Assembly: GCA_009602725.1 (NCBI GenBank)
Contig: WELB01000021.1
Coordinates: 588,015-625,037, forward strand
Source of the DNA: Spirogloea muscicola
Taxonomy: Eukaryota
DNA: 37,023 nucleotides
Direction: 5' to 3'
The notes below the pieces were generated by a model, which saw only the letters and a list, made by a program, of their open reading frames with translations, had not been told where the DNA came from and made no database searches. Each line of letters begins with the position of its first letter. Position 1 is the stretch's first letter. This document shows, one piece after another, positions 10,279 to 22,439 of the stretch. The translations under genes were made by a program, and so were the position numbers.

Positions 10279-11429
10279 CAGCAGTGTCGTCATGAGGAGA
10301 TCCAGATCCCACCGGCTCTCTGCGAAATTCTCTACCCTGTGGCATCGTGCTTGCCCCGAACAGACGGATCGAGCCAAACTGCGCAGAGTCCTGCGCGTCA
10401 CCGACAGGCGAGCGATGAGGCGGCAAGAATTTCAGCAGACGCCAAATTGCACGGCCGCAATGGGGTGCGCAGCTCAAGCATACGGTGGATGTGCGTGTGC
10501 TGGCGCATAAACAAGGTAGCCGTGGAAGAATATGCGGTTGAATTGACTCATTTATGGCAAAGTATCTCACCAGCCTGGGCTGACACTTGAAACGCACCGC
10601 GTCCGCGCCGAGCAAGGTCTCGGACCCGGCGGCTGTGCCAGGGCCGCGGCGGCGCGCGGGGGCGGCGTGAAGGAAGTACAAGCTGGAATGGGGCTGCCGG
10701 TGTCAAAGAGCGGCTTTCGAGATCGGATGAATCTGCGCAGGCACCTGCGCGCGCCACCGCCAGGTGAGGCGATGGAGCCCGCAAGACGTCAGCAGAGGCC
10801 CATGGACGGCCGCGGCGAGGGGCGCGGCTCCTCTGCTGGTGAATGCGCGCGTGCTAGCGCAGCAGCGCTGGGGCCGGCGACCAACCGATCGGCCGCCGAT
10901 GTCTGCAAGTGGCGACGAGGCGGGCCCTCGGGCCCGGCGGTCGTAAGGGCGACCGTTGGCGGGGCCTCCGGAGGGTCCGCGGACGGCGCGGCGGTGGCGG
11001 CGGCGGCGAGGGCCGGCCGCCGCCGATGGCGGCGGCGGCGGTGGCGGCGGCAGAGGCGTGGGCTTGGGGCAGTACGGTAAAGTAAGTAGCTTCTTGTATA
11101 CATACTGGCGAGGAGGGAGGGAGGAGGGAGGCAGCCGCGGGGAGGTAGGCCGACTTGCGGGCCCTGGAAGTGGCTCGTCCAATGGGGCAAGGGCAAAGGG
11201 AATCTTCGTCGGCGCCGTCCCGACACATGCCGCAATAGCCGCTAGTGCCGCCATAGCCGCCAGAAGCCGCAAGGTGGCAAGCGCGGGATCCGGCCCGAAC
11301 TAGAAGTTGCCCTTTCGGAGATGTTAATCAAAAGCTCTCCTTCCTTTCAGCCACACCAAAGGGGGATGCTTTCGATGAGAGACTACCAGCCCAGAAAACG
11401 ACCTGCCCTTCAAAAGTAACGCCGAAAGA

Positions 11430-11696
11430 GCGACACGCTTCCAGGAGAGGGCGATGGCTGAGAGAGGCCAGGCCCTATAAACAAAAGTACCGGAAAGAAA
11501 AGGACGAAGCTTATCCAAAAAGGGGGCCCAGCTTCAGGCGGCCAGCCCAGAAAGCAATGACAAGGTCCGTAGGTACCGGGAATACGAAAAGTAAGTGAAG
11601 TCTTTCCGGCCCCTTCGTCCCTTGTCCTTAGCACTCCGGCTCCTTCAGACCTTGTCCATTCCTTTGGGCTGGCCTCTCCTAGCCACCAGTTAATCA
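11430..11696. repeat. CRE 3'-end motif fragments (minus 11430-11475 and 11538-11568; plus 11642-11696)
   Basis: CAGACCTTGTCCATTCCTTTGGGCTGGCCTCTCCTAGCCACCAGTTAATC is the reverse complement of 3343-3395. Confidence 0.75.
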
Positions 11697-12698
11697 AGGT
11701 CCGCGACGACGGGATGCGGCGACGGGCAGCAGCAGGGCTGCGTCGGCGGGCTGCGGCAGTAGGCGGCAGCAGGGGCTGCGCCTCTCTCTCGCGGGCTTCA
11801 CTGATGTTGACCGGGTGTCCCCGCGTCTGTTCTCAGCCCCACTTGTAGTGCTTCATGTGCCACCCTCCCCAAGGGTCTCTGGGAGGCTCGTCTCAGGGCC
11901 CACCACCCTCGAGAAGGCGGGCCCGACAAGGGGAATCGAAGTGCGAGGGCAGGCCACGCGGCTCCCTCTCGGAAGCGGCGGCCGTCCTGCGGCGCCGCCG
12001 AGCGGCTCTCTGCGGCATCCGCGGCGGCGCCCTGCGGCGCCGGCTTGCGGCGCCACCAGTGGGTCACGGGTGTGGCGCGGCGGCACAGGGGCGCCGCCCC
12101 TGTGCCGCGTGTCACATACTCGTCACTGCGAGCACGACGGCAGAATCAGGAAGATGCCGAGAAGTCCAGGATTCGCCGCCTCGGCTGGAGGCAGCGCGCC
12201 TGCACGTCATATCGTCAGCAGGCGCGTCACACTGCGCGACACCTCGCGCGACGCTCTCGCGCTGTTCGCACGTGCGTCGCACGCGTCAATCGCGAACGCG
12301 TCAGTGGTTAGCGCTTAACTCGAACTTAAGCTTCCGAACGTCGGGGACGTTACATGGCGCTTTTGGACTGGCGGCGTGCAGCCACGTGGCGACCAGAGAT
12401 GACCCTAGCTTGTGCCACGTGGTAACGTGGGCAGCCCCCATTCCATGTATTTGAAACAAACGAATGCCAAATGGCCAAGTACAAAGGCAAGTACACTCTC
12501 CTTTTGTCGATAATTGGTCTGTTAGAGCTTGGTGAGAGCCTAGGATTAGGAGTTTCACAATCACTCAGTTGGGGCTCAGGCTTTGGGAGACGCGACCCTC
12601 CTCGAAGGACTGCCGTTCGCGCCTTACTGCCCGGACTTAGTTCTGGGCTGGCATCTCCCAGCCACCGCCCTCTCATGGAAGCGTCTTATCCCTCACTA

Positions 12699-13522
12699 GA
12701 AGAAGAAGTGGCTCTCCCAATGTGGGCAAGGGCTGTGAGAAGCCAGCCCGAAAAGAATAGACAAGGTTCGAAGGGGCCAAATTACGAGCTAAGCAGCGAC
12801 TGAGGGGCCTGAAGAAGAAGTGGCTCTCCCAATGGGGGCAAGGGCTGTGAGAAGCCAGCCCGAAAAGAATTGACAAGGTTCGAAGGGGCCAAACTACGAG
12901 CTAAGCAGCGACTGCGGGGCCTTGAGAGGCTATGGCAGAACGGGGGAGGATGGACCACTCAGTACTTAGGAGTGAGGAGCCTCACATCCGACAGACTAGC
13001 TGCCGGAAAACTATCCCCCTGACGAAAGCTGGAGGCCGCAGCGAGAGCACGGCCAGCACGCAGATGCAAGGCGTGGGCCATGGACCGCTGGAGGGAGACG
13101 GACAAGCGCATACAATATACCTGAGCCCACGAGCCAGCGGCATTGAAGTCAGCCGGCTCACCGCGCCTGCGGGACACAGCGCGCCGTGCAAGCCTGGCCA
13201 ACAGGTCGAGCCAGTGGGATCCGAGAGCCCCGTGCACGTCCACAGCCAGGGGGACGAACTCATCGGCCGCCGGGTGGTCGGCGTGTTTGGCCGCCTTGCT
13301 GCGAGCCGCCTTCGCCGCAGCGTGGCCAGCCCGCGAGGCAGAAAGCCCCGGGTTGGAGCGGTCGACCACATCAGTGGTGACCACATCGGCAATGATGCGC
13401 CCGCCGCCGCCTGTCGTGGACGCCACCAGGTCGACGCGGCGCGTGTGGAGTCCGTCGGCCCTCTGGAGGATGGGCATGACAGACGTATTCTCCATCGCCA
13501 CTGTGTATCCGGCCTCCTTGGA
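12699..13522 (-). mobile_element. Young 5'-truncated CRE insertion (RLE C-terminus plus full 3'UTR, last 112 bp duplicated, (TTC)n end)
   Basis: Open frame 12959-13501; 3'UTR ends GAGAGCCACTTCTTCTTC; 112-bp tandem at 12699-12922. Confidence 0.92.
12959..13501 (-). pseudogene. C-terminal fragment of the CRE ORF: restriction-like endonuclease domain
   Basis: RRVDLV...RIIADVVTTD...AARSKAAKH...FVPLAVDVHGALG..W...RLSVSLQRSMA, the RLE pattern of CRE/R2-type elements. No true start codon (5'-truncated). Confidence 0.9.
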
Positions 13523-13534
13523 AGATGAAAAGCA

Positions 13535-13762
13535 CTAAGCAGCTATGAAGGGGCCTGAAGATGCTACGTCAGAACGGGGGAAGATGGACCACTCAGTAGT
13601 TACGAGTAAGAGAAAGGAAGGAGAGAAGTGCGCGCCCATAGAAAAGAGGGGCTGGCAAAGCCAGCCCAAAAAAGAATGGACAATGTCCAAAGCCAAAGTG
13701 GAGCCGGAAAAAGTGAGGAGCCTCAAATCCGGCAGACTAGCTGCCGGCAAACTATTCCCCAA
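13535..13762 (-). repeat. Two stacked CRE 3' fragments
   Basis: 13535-13610 matches the 3'UTR at 3068-3142. 13625-13762 has GNSLPAASLPDLRLLT followed by the copy-A-type stem-loop end. Confidence 0.82.
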
Positions 13763-13859
13763 GTGTGTGCATAAGCGCCCTTGTGACTCTGGACGTTCAT
13801 TCCCCCGTCTCGCCAATCACAGCCATCGCCCTCTACTGGAAGGGTTTTCCTCCCATCTT

Positions 13860-16800
13860 CTTTGTCATTCCCACGCTAGGCTTGCTTCGGCCTCCCTCGC
13901 ATTGCTTGCGGGCGGCCGCCGCCGCCGCCGCCGCCGCCGCCGCAGCCGCCGCGTGGGCCGCCGCCACTGCCGGCTCTGAGGCGCCAGATTCGCCATTGGG
14001 CGCAGTAATCGAACATCAGCAGCCGCCTTCTCTGTGGGCGCAGTCCGCCTCGCCTTCCCCTTGTCCACGGGCGCCGTCGGTAGACACTGTCTCCCTGGCG
14101 GCCAGAACCGCCGCCGCCCGACTTGCCGCCCGCCGCTGCCACCGCCGCCGCCGCACCAGAACTCCGACCGCCCCACCGTTGTCGCCGCCACGGCCGCCAT
14201 TGCAACTCCCACCAATGTGGCTGCCTTCGCTGCCGCCCACTCCTCGTCTTTGCTGCCAGTGCCGCGCCAACCCCACCGCCCCCAGCGCTGCTGCTCTTCC
14301 ATCTCCATGGGAACCTGTGTCCGCACCCCTTACTACAGCAACCTTGTGCTGGCTGCTGCTCCTACTCAGGAACGCCACCATTGCCATTGTCACCCACCCC
14401 AGCGTCGCCACCTCTGCCTGCGCCCCTGCTGCAGATTGAGCTACTAGTCCCGCCTGCCATCCCCTCCCAGGTTCCGGCGCTACCGTTTTGCAGGCTCTCC
14501 TCGGAACACCTAGCTGCTCGTTGATTGCCCACCACCTTCACCATTCGGGAGCACCCCACCTCACTGGCTTCAGCTGTCAACCCCCATGCCCCTCCCCACG
14601 CTGCCTGCACCGTTGGCACAAGCTGTAGTGCTATCACGGCCGCCAAGTGCCAGCCTCCTTGCCCACCTAGCGACAATTGCCCCTGGAGCTGTCACCATCA
14701 TGCTGCCAAAGCAGCTGAAATGCCAGCAGAGGTCTCAGCCATTCGCAGCAACTCCTCACTTCAACCCTCTTGCCGGCGGCATCATAGGCCCTCCGGCCAC
14801 TCCTTGGCTCCCGCAACGGCAGCGCCTTCCATGTATTGCGCCTCCTGCCCCTCCATCTGCTGCACCAGCAGCTGCAGGCCCTTCCGTGGAGCATCTTGAC
14901 GTGAAAATAAAGGCCAGGGGCTGCTACAGCGCCCCTATCTGTGTCACCCTTGTTCTTCTCCACCTGGCGGGCTAAGGTATTCTGCCAGACCTCCTCTTTT
15001 CTGTTTGACCTCTCCTTGACGAGGGTACCATGCTCGTGCTTAGTTGAACACCAGTCACCAGGCGGCAGCTGTTATCTGCCCTTTGTACTGCTACCCCTCA
15101 GCATAAGCAGCTGTTGTTAGCCATCCTAAATTCACGGGCTGCCAAATGGGCTGCATCATCTAGGTGTATCGCAGGGTCCTGGGTTGCCCCTCCAGCTAGC
15201 GTCCCTCAGTGAGCACAGCCACATGTGCTCCGTGCTCTACATTGGAGGGTGCAAAGAACAGCCAGGATGAGGCGGTTTCGACAATTCATATTCTATTTTC
15301 ACCTCTTTTTCTTGGCTGCTGAGGCGCATACTGTTTGCAAAGCAGCTTGTCTGTGGCCTGCAGCTTTGAAGGAGGGCTGCTGAGAGGAGCTCTTGGTGGA
15401 CCATGATTTCGTTCTACAGTACTTGCAACCTTCAATATGACCTTGTTGAGACCTCACCAGCGGCTGCCTTGCTCAAGCATGCCCTCTGCGTCATCAAGCA
15501 GGCGAGCTTTTGTTTGAAGCCCTCAAGCTCTTTTCTCCTGCTTTGGCTTACGAAGCAGTTGGCTGACCTTGCAGGAGGTCCACCAACCAATGCCCAGTGG
15601 GTGAGTATAACCTAGTTGGTCCAAGTGTCAAATTGTGAATTTGAAAACACGGGTTCATACGGGCACCTGCCGCCCAGCTTACCGTGGCTGCCTTTTACCA
15701 GCCTCCTGATAGTCTTGAAAATGCCAGCTGGGGGCGCGACCCTTTTGCTGTCAATGAGGTGCTTGTCACAATTGATGATGTGCGTGCTTACAGGTTCCCG
15801 CTTACGCCCACTTCGTCGTTCACCAATTTTGGCACTGGCCTGTGCTGCATGAACATGGCCGATTTGATTGACTATGGCACTGGAGCAAACCCCAAAGAAG
15901 GTGATGCTCTTGAATCTGCATCTGCAGATGCTTTCAGCCTGTACGCCATGCTGCTTCAGCAGAGGGGCTCCATGTGCCTCAGCCATGGTGACTTGTTCTT
16001 TCGAGCGATATAATGCAAGGCTAGTGCAATTTAGTTGTAGCATAGCAGCGTGGGGCATGCATTGCGTTGCTGTTGGGAACAGGCAAGTGTGTGCTCTTGT
16101 CGATCTGCTCTGGTGCACATTTTTTGAAAGCAAAGTTCTAAGCCTGCCGCCGCTGGTCAATGTGGCGAGACGAACTGGCATACGTTGTACATGCCCTTTG
16201 TATAAGGCGTCCTTTATTGCCTTTGCATGAATGAGGGAAGCTCAATCCAATGAGAAGGTGGCATTCTGAGGAGCTTTTTCTCACTCTGGTAAACAGCCAG
16301 ATAAGTTGACCAGTTACTTCGTTGTGTTGTGTTGTGAAGAAATGCGCTGACATCGACCTTCGAGTACTGCAAATTTAGGAAGGATCTAAGACAACTGGAC
16401 CAAGTGCACAACACAATCAAGACACTGCACATCAGTTGCTCTGCCTTCTGCTTGAAGCCACCTATCAGCGTTTCTGTGACAATTTGGCACATGTTCATCG
16501 CGAGACCGTTATGACACTCTGTACTCCGCAGTATGACTCCTCTGCAAGTTAGTGTCAAAGACCCGTTTATTAGAGGACAGCTGAAGCTCGAAACAATGCT
16601 GCAAGTCGTGGGGGTCGACATGCACGTCTTGCTGAAAAAATGTTACACTGTAGGGCGCAACCACTGCAGGCAGGTATGTCTGTGTCTGTCCTAGCTACTA
16701 TGTACAGCTAGTTTGCCGTATGTGGCTGGTCTGTGAGACCAAGCTGTGTATCTTACCATTACTGTACACCATATTTCACATCCTTGGCAGCAGTTGGCTG

Positions 16801-17997
16801 CGCATCTGCCGCCAGTATGTACACTGTGTATCCTTCAAGGCTGTATGTCAGGGTCAGAAGTACCTGGTAGGCCGTCCCAAGCCTGTACCAGATTGGTGAA
16901 GCCTGAGCTTTCAAGCAACTGGTTTGTCTCGGGTTGGACTGCAATTGGTACCTGTTCAAGGCACTGAGCACCTTGTTTGAGAATCAGTAACTCAACTTGG
17001 CTTATGAAGACTAGGAAGACACAGCGCAGCGGGAGCTGACTAGTGGTTGTTGATGTGATTTGGAACACAAGGTGTCTACCAAACATGGATGGCAAGGATA
17101 ACTTTAGTGCACTACTTGGTGTGTAAAACAATCTGGCCCTTGAGAGCTTGTAGAACCTCTGTGCAGACGAGGACCACACCTCAACGGCACCAGAAGACAC
17201 GCGTGCAGTCTCCACCAATGATTCAGCATGACCGCCTGCCTGAGAGAAAGAAAGCAGACGAATGCATCAGCGGCACCTGCCTTTATACGACGAGCATGTA
17301 CTCTGCACCTGACAAATGATCCCAGTGGAAGCAATGTGGCCGTTTTCTGTAAGACCGAGTCGCACCTCGACTACTGGAGAAGAAGTCTGGCCGGTGTCCA
17401 CCAAGATGCTTGCAGGATGAACCGCCTAAAGGAGGAAGAGAGCAGACGCACACATCAGCAGCACTAGAAAACGGCAGGCACGAGGGCTTGACCACGCATT
17501 CTGCACCTGCCATGTAATCTCAGCAGAAGCAGTGTGGCCTTCCTTGTTTTCTCGGGAGGCCATCAGTTTACTCAATGAGAAGCTGAGGTCAGACTCACAA
17601 ACTGAAAATCATGCTCTCCTCGTCGCTAGCTGGAGTAGATACAAGGTGATGGGTGCACAGATGTGCTCAGTTAGCCAGCTTCTGGCTCTGACCTCTGGGC
17701 TTGCAACCAAGGACAGGAGCCAACCTTGGCTATGTGCAGCAGTGTCGCCATGAGGTGATCCAGAAGCCATCCCACCAGCCCTTTGCCAGATTCTCTACCC
17801 TGTGGCATCGTGCTTGCCCCACCAGGCAGCCTGCGCAGATTCCTGCGCGTCACCGACAGGCGAGCGATGAGGCCGCAAGAAATTCAGCAGACGCCAAATT
17901 GCACTTGCCCGCAAGCTATTGCACTTGCCCGCAAGCAAGGCCTCGGGCCCGGCGGCTGTGCCAGGGCCGCGGCCCGCGGCGCGCCGCGGCCGGCGGC
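13860..17997 (-). pseudogene. Unidentified gene/element X, copy 2 (longest; runs into the gap)
   Basis: Minus ORF segments 16835-17218, 16214-16621 and 15612-16181; K/E-rich stretch RRKELEGFKQKL at ~15500-15545; homologous to the other three copies. Assignment of the GC-rich 13860-15000 part is uncertain. Confidence 0.55.
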
Positions 17998-18347
17998 NNN
18001 NNNNNNNNNNNNNNNNNNNNNNNNNNNNNNNNNNNNNNNNNNNNNNNNNNNNNNNNNNNNNNNNNNNNNNNNNNNNNNNNNNNNNNNNNNNNNNNNNNNN
18101 NNNNNNNNNNNNNNNNNNNNNNNNNNNNNNNNNNNNNNNNNNNNNNNNNNNNNNNNNNNNNNNNNNNNNNNNNNNNNNNNNNNNNNNNNNNNNNNNNNNN
18201 NNNNNNNNNNNNNNNNNNNNNNNNNNNNNNNNNNNNNNNNNNNNNNNNNNNNNNNNNNNNNNNNNNNNNNNNNNNNNNNNNNNNNNNNNNNNNNNNNNNN
18301 NNNNNNNNNNNNNNNNNNNNNNNNNNNNNNNNNNNNNNNNNNNNNNN
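17998..18347. other. Assembly gap (350 N)
   Basis: Run of N. Confidence 1.
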
Positions 18348-18467
<120 letters not shown>

Positions 18468-18834
18468 CACAGAGTGGGAGGAAGGGAGAGAGGGAGGGAG
18501 AGGGAGGCGGGGGGGCCGGGAGTGAGGAGGGGGGGGAGGGCCGACGTGAGCAGGGGAATCTGTCGTGCGGGATACCGTTGGTGGCTCGTTGCGTCGGTCT
18601 GAACGAGGAGACCGAGGTGGCTGTACACGTCGACAATTCATAGCACGTCGAATTATCGGCCTGGTGTGAAGGGAGTCGCGAGCACATTACCTTCCCGCTC
18701 AGCATCTGGTCAGGCAGAGAAGGCGAGCGGTGCGCGTGAAACGGAAGGGTGGCCATTTCAAGCCGATCCACTGGTCAGGCAAAAGCTAGTGCAAAGATTG
18801 GGAATACATGACTCGGAATGACCCCCTGTGGTCA

Positions 18835-19075
18835 GAACAAGCGCGGCCAGATGGCTGGGAGAGAGGCCAGCCCAAAGAAATGGACAAGGTCTGAAGGAGC
18901 CGGAGTGCGAAGGACTGTGGTCTGGCGATTACACCAGACAGCCGTGCCACAAACGGGGGCCTTGGTGCAGAAGTTGCGACGTGCGCGATAGAGCTCTTGC
19001 AGCTGTGACAGGCGCCCCCACTCGGATGAGGGTCCAGGGCGGGCAAGTACCCAGTAGGATTCCCCCAGCATTAAT
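18835..19075 (-). mobile_element. Decayed 5'-truncated CRE 3' fragment
   Basis: CAAGCGCGGCCAGAT..GGCTGGGAGAGAGGCCAGCCCAAAGAAATGGACAAGGTCTGAAGG matches 3331-3397; weak RLE-tail similarity upstream. Confidence 0.65.
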
Positions 19076-19099
19076 GTCTCATCGACAATTACACCGTCC

Positions 19100-22000
19100 G
19101 CTCACAGGACACGACAGGCAATTCGGTCATTCCTTTGGGGCTGGCCAAGGCGCCGCCGCCGCAAAACCCCCTCAAACCCTGCCGCCGCCGCCGCCGCCAC
19201 ATCATTCGCCACGATCCCTGTCCCCACCCCCCGACGTCTCCACCGCAGCCGCACAGTCCCCCGGCCGCTCCACGCCCAGCCTTCCCGAGTGCCCATGGCG
19301 GCCTCCGCCAGCCCCGTCGACAAAGCCAAAGCCCGGAGTACGGGAATGCCGAGCTTGCTGGGCAGGAGGCGGCCTCGTCGAGCCCCAGCCCGCGACCGCG
19401 GTTGCCGCCACCACCTGCTGTCAATTTGCCTGCTGTGCCACAGCAATGCCTTCCCAACACCGCCGTCGCCACCTCCACCGACACGGCCACCGCCACCACC
19501 ATCAACGCCGCTGTCCCAGCCGGCTCCGCTGCCTATCCACAGCCGCCCATTGCCTCCGCCACCTTCACCGGCCCCCACTGCCGCCATCATCATTGCCTCC
19601 GTCTCGACTGCCTCCGCTGTCGACTTCATCACGCCCACCTTCACTGCCAGCCCCGCCATCACCGCCGCCCTCCCCCATGTCATCCCCACTGCCCACTCTA
19701 CTATTGCCACTGTCTATATTGTCACTGCCTCCACCTCCTCCATCGTCGCTCTCTTTGCCACCACTATTATCGCCGCTGTACCATCTGCGTTTGCCACCGC
19801 CCTTGTCTCCGCCTCCACAGTCTGAGCCTCTGCCGTGAAAGCACTGCCAGCGGCCCTGCAAAGGCGGGCGCGGTATAACCCAGCTCGAGCGCTCTGCGCA
19901 CGGCGTGGACTGTGCTGAGCACGCGCAGAATGCAGCTGCAGCGGGTGGCAGTCAATGTGGCCCAGGATGGCAGGTCTTAAGCAGGGTTTGCGCCGCCTGG
20001 TCCTCGCCACCGGCAGTGGGCTGCGCACCTTGACCTTGCCGCTGTCCGCGGATAGGAGGCCCTCCTGCTACATCGAACAATTTGATTCCCTCGATTAGGC
20101 AACCACGGATCTGCCCTGCTTGACGCACCCGCACTGCCATCGAGCCCTCCATCCTGTAGTGCAGCACATTGTGGCTGACCACCGTGCCGAGGTAGCATGG
20201 ATACTCTCATCCTTTCTCTTGGCTGCTGCTTGGGCGTGCACCTCATGAGGGCTACAGTCAGGTTCGCCAGCCCCTCTTGGAACGCATTCTCCGGTCTGAG
20301 AGTGGGAATTAGAGAGGAGCTTCTGGCGCAGCATGATGCGTCGGTGGCTGCAGCAGCAGCTGAACGCCGTGCCTCGCAGGTGGCGCCATTGCAAGACAGG
20401 GCAGCAAGCGTCTGCCGCGCTCCCCGCTTTGAACACGCAGGCGAACTGTCGTGGGCTGTGCAGGTGCTGGACGCTTTGGTGCTGGCGCCGGTGAATAGAT
20501 TCATAGGCATGCCCTCAGGATCCTCCACCCCTCAACGAGCTCTCGCTTGCCCTCGTGGTTGGCCTCCTTTGCACCGCAGGAGGATGTGATCATGGATGCC
20601 GCAGCCCTCCGCAAGGCCCTGCAGAGCAGCCGGCGCTCAGCTGCGTGCGGCCCCTTGCACATTCTCACAGAGCACCTGCAGGAGCCAATTTTTCCAAGGG
20701 GGACGAGGTTGACTTCCGGGCGTCAGAGCAGGTGTGACAGCACCTCGCACGGGACCACGTCCCCGCCAACATCCGTGACGTGCTCTGCGTTAGCACCTTG
20801 CTTGCAGTCAGCAATGCAATTAGGAAGGTCTCTGGCCAAGTCCTGTGGCAGCAGCACTTGGAGCAGGCACAGACCAGTCTGGCGCCTTACTAATACGGCA
20901 CCGGACTGTGGAGCGCCAGCGAAGCCGACGTTCACGGAGTGCAGGCCACCCTGGATCTTCACCCCGAGTGGGGGCACTTGCGGTGGATATCCGCATTGCT
21001 TTCTACTGCGTGGAGAGTTGTAGCGCCGAGGAGCTGCTGGAGGCCTTCCCAGCCCTCCTGCCCTTCTTCCGGCTTGGCTATGGCCAGCCTAGCGACCTGA
21101 CTGTGCTTTGAAGGACAGGAAGCAACGAGCTACAGCCAGCCTAGCGACCTGCTCTAAAGGACAGGAAGCGACGAGGCGGAGATCCTTAAGTCCACCTTGA
21201 GCTATCCTGGGCTGCTGCACCAGGTTTCTTCCCTGCTTCCCACGCGTTTCCTTTGCTTTGCTGGCCCCATAGCTGATGTGGAGGAAGGCTGGTTCCCGTT
21301 TCAAGCGCAACTGAGGAGCATTTGCAAGTCGGCAGTCTGCTCCTTCACCTCGCTACAACTCCTGCTCACCCCTTTCTCCTCCCTTGCCCAAAGCGCCAGG
21401 AAAAGGCACTCAAGCTAGACTCATTACTGCAGTGGAAGACGAGCATCGCAGGATGTTGAGGATGATGCCGGAAGTTGAGATCACTTGGAGGAGCTTAGCA
21501 AGACTCACATCCCTTGCCACACCTGACGCTACTGACTGGGTCACCAGGCACGCCTTATCCCATGCCGTCATGTGGCCTCGAGGCCTTTCAGAGGCTCCAG
21601 CTCTTCCTTGGCTTCCCCCCACTTGTTTGAACGAAGTTCGCCAGTGTGAGTGCAGCTTTCGTGCGGAGGGAGGGATTGCCGTGCACATGCTGGGTTGCCC
21701 CGATTGCCTGAGATGGTGGTCATTTACAATCTCCTTCGAGAAGCCCTGGCGGGCTTGACGGGCGACGCCGGCTACCGCACAGTCTTGGAGGTGAACCAAA
21801 TCTCGGCAATCACCACAGACAACCAGGGACGCCATCACCGTCGCACCCTAGACATTGTGGGTGTAAGACCAGGAGGAGGACCACATGCATTAGTCAATGT
21901 GGTTGTCAGATGGAGACATGTGAAGGTTCGGCGTCGAACTACAGTGCTGGCCACGCAGTGAATGGTGCAGAGCAGACGAAAATGCAGCCCTACTCCGACT

Positions 22001-22340
22001 ACCCCCGCTGCGATAACCTTGTACCAGCAGCCATTGATATCTTTGGCTGCATAGGCCTCGCTTCCACACTCTATATGACAATGATGCTAGTCTAGGATAT
22101 GGATGACATAAGGATGTGCGTCCGGCTAAGATGGGCTTGCCGGCAGCATATCTGTTGTTCTTGCATTGTCGTGTATCAGCCTGTTTGCAGCGAGCTCATG
22201 CTCATGATCTGCACCTGAAAGCTGGGCAGGCTATTGTTGGTGGCAGAAAGGGCTTCTGTTGGTTGCAGAAGAGCTTCAGAAGTGCCGTCTATTATTTGGA
22301 CATCTATCAGTATGCTTATATGCTGACCCGTGGTTACTGA
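19100..22340 (+). mobile_element. CRE-clade non-LTR retrotransposon, copy D (old, RT core deleted)
   Basis: Pro/Ser-rich 5' part; KHCQRPCKGGRG finger; EELLAQHDASVAAAAAE; AALRKALQSSRRSAA; AVDIRIAF; QCECS....HML.C; RRTLDIV; LVPAAIDIFG; ends MLTRGY* at 22340. Confidence 0.85.
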
Positions 22341-22439
22341 CCGGGTCAGCTAAGCAGCACGTGATGTACATCTGTAGATTTACCTGATCTTGTACTTGGC
22401 CACTCAGGCTCTCCAACAATCAAACCTACTTTCCACCTC

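Larger units (their letters stand above)
6338..11300 (-). pseudogene. Unidentified multi-copy gene/element X, copy 1 (interrupted by the copia element at 8067-10278)
   Basis: Colinear with 15975-17975. ORF 7288-7842 (VFQ.T...TSQLPLR.V..VFI.QV...WDGLP.TS) matches ORF 16835-17218 in the same frame. CpG-rich, Pro-coding end at 10600-11300. Product unknown; strand inferred from the longest homologous ORFs. Confidence 0.6.

Noticed and set aside
10703..11272. Secreted extensin-like host protein
   Set aside because: Non-ATG start, low complexity, and colinear with the 5' ends of other X copies.
12730..12770. Hammerhead ribozyme in GGGCTGTGAG...CCCGAAA
   Set aside because: The core lacks CUGANGA and no stem II forms; the sequence is antisense to the CRE 3'UTR. 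HDV-like and twister folds also could not be fitted by eye.
16214..16621. Naming X as KDZ transposase, alpha-kinase, Ulp1 protease or DNA methyltransferase
   Set aside because: Only 3-4-residue resemblances (AEQ, GGFK, SMR); the required catalytic motifs were not found in order.
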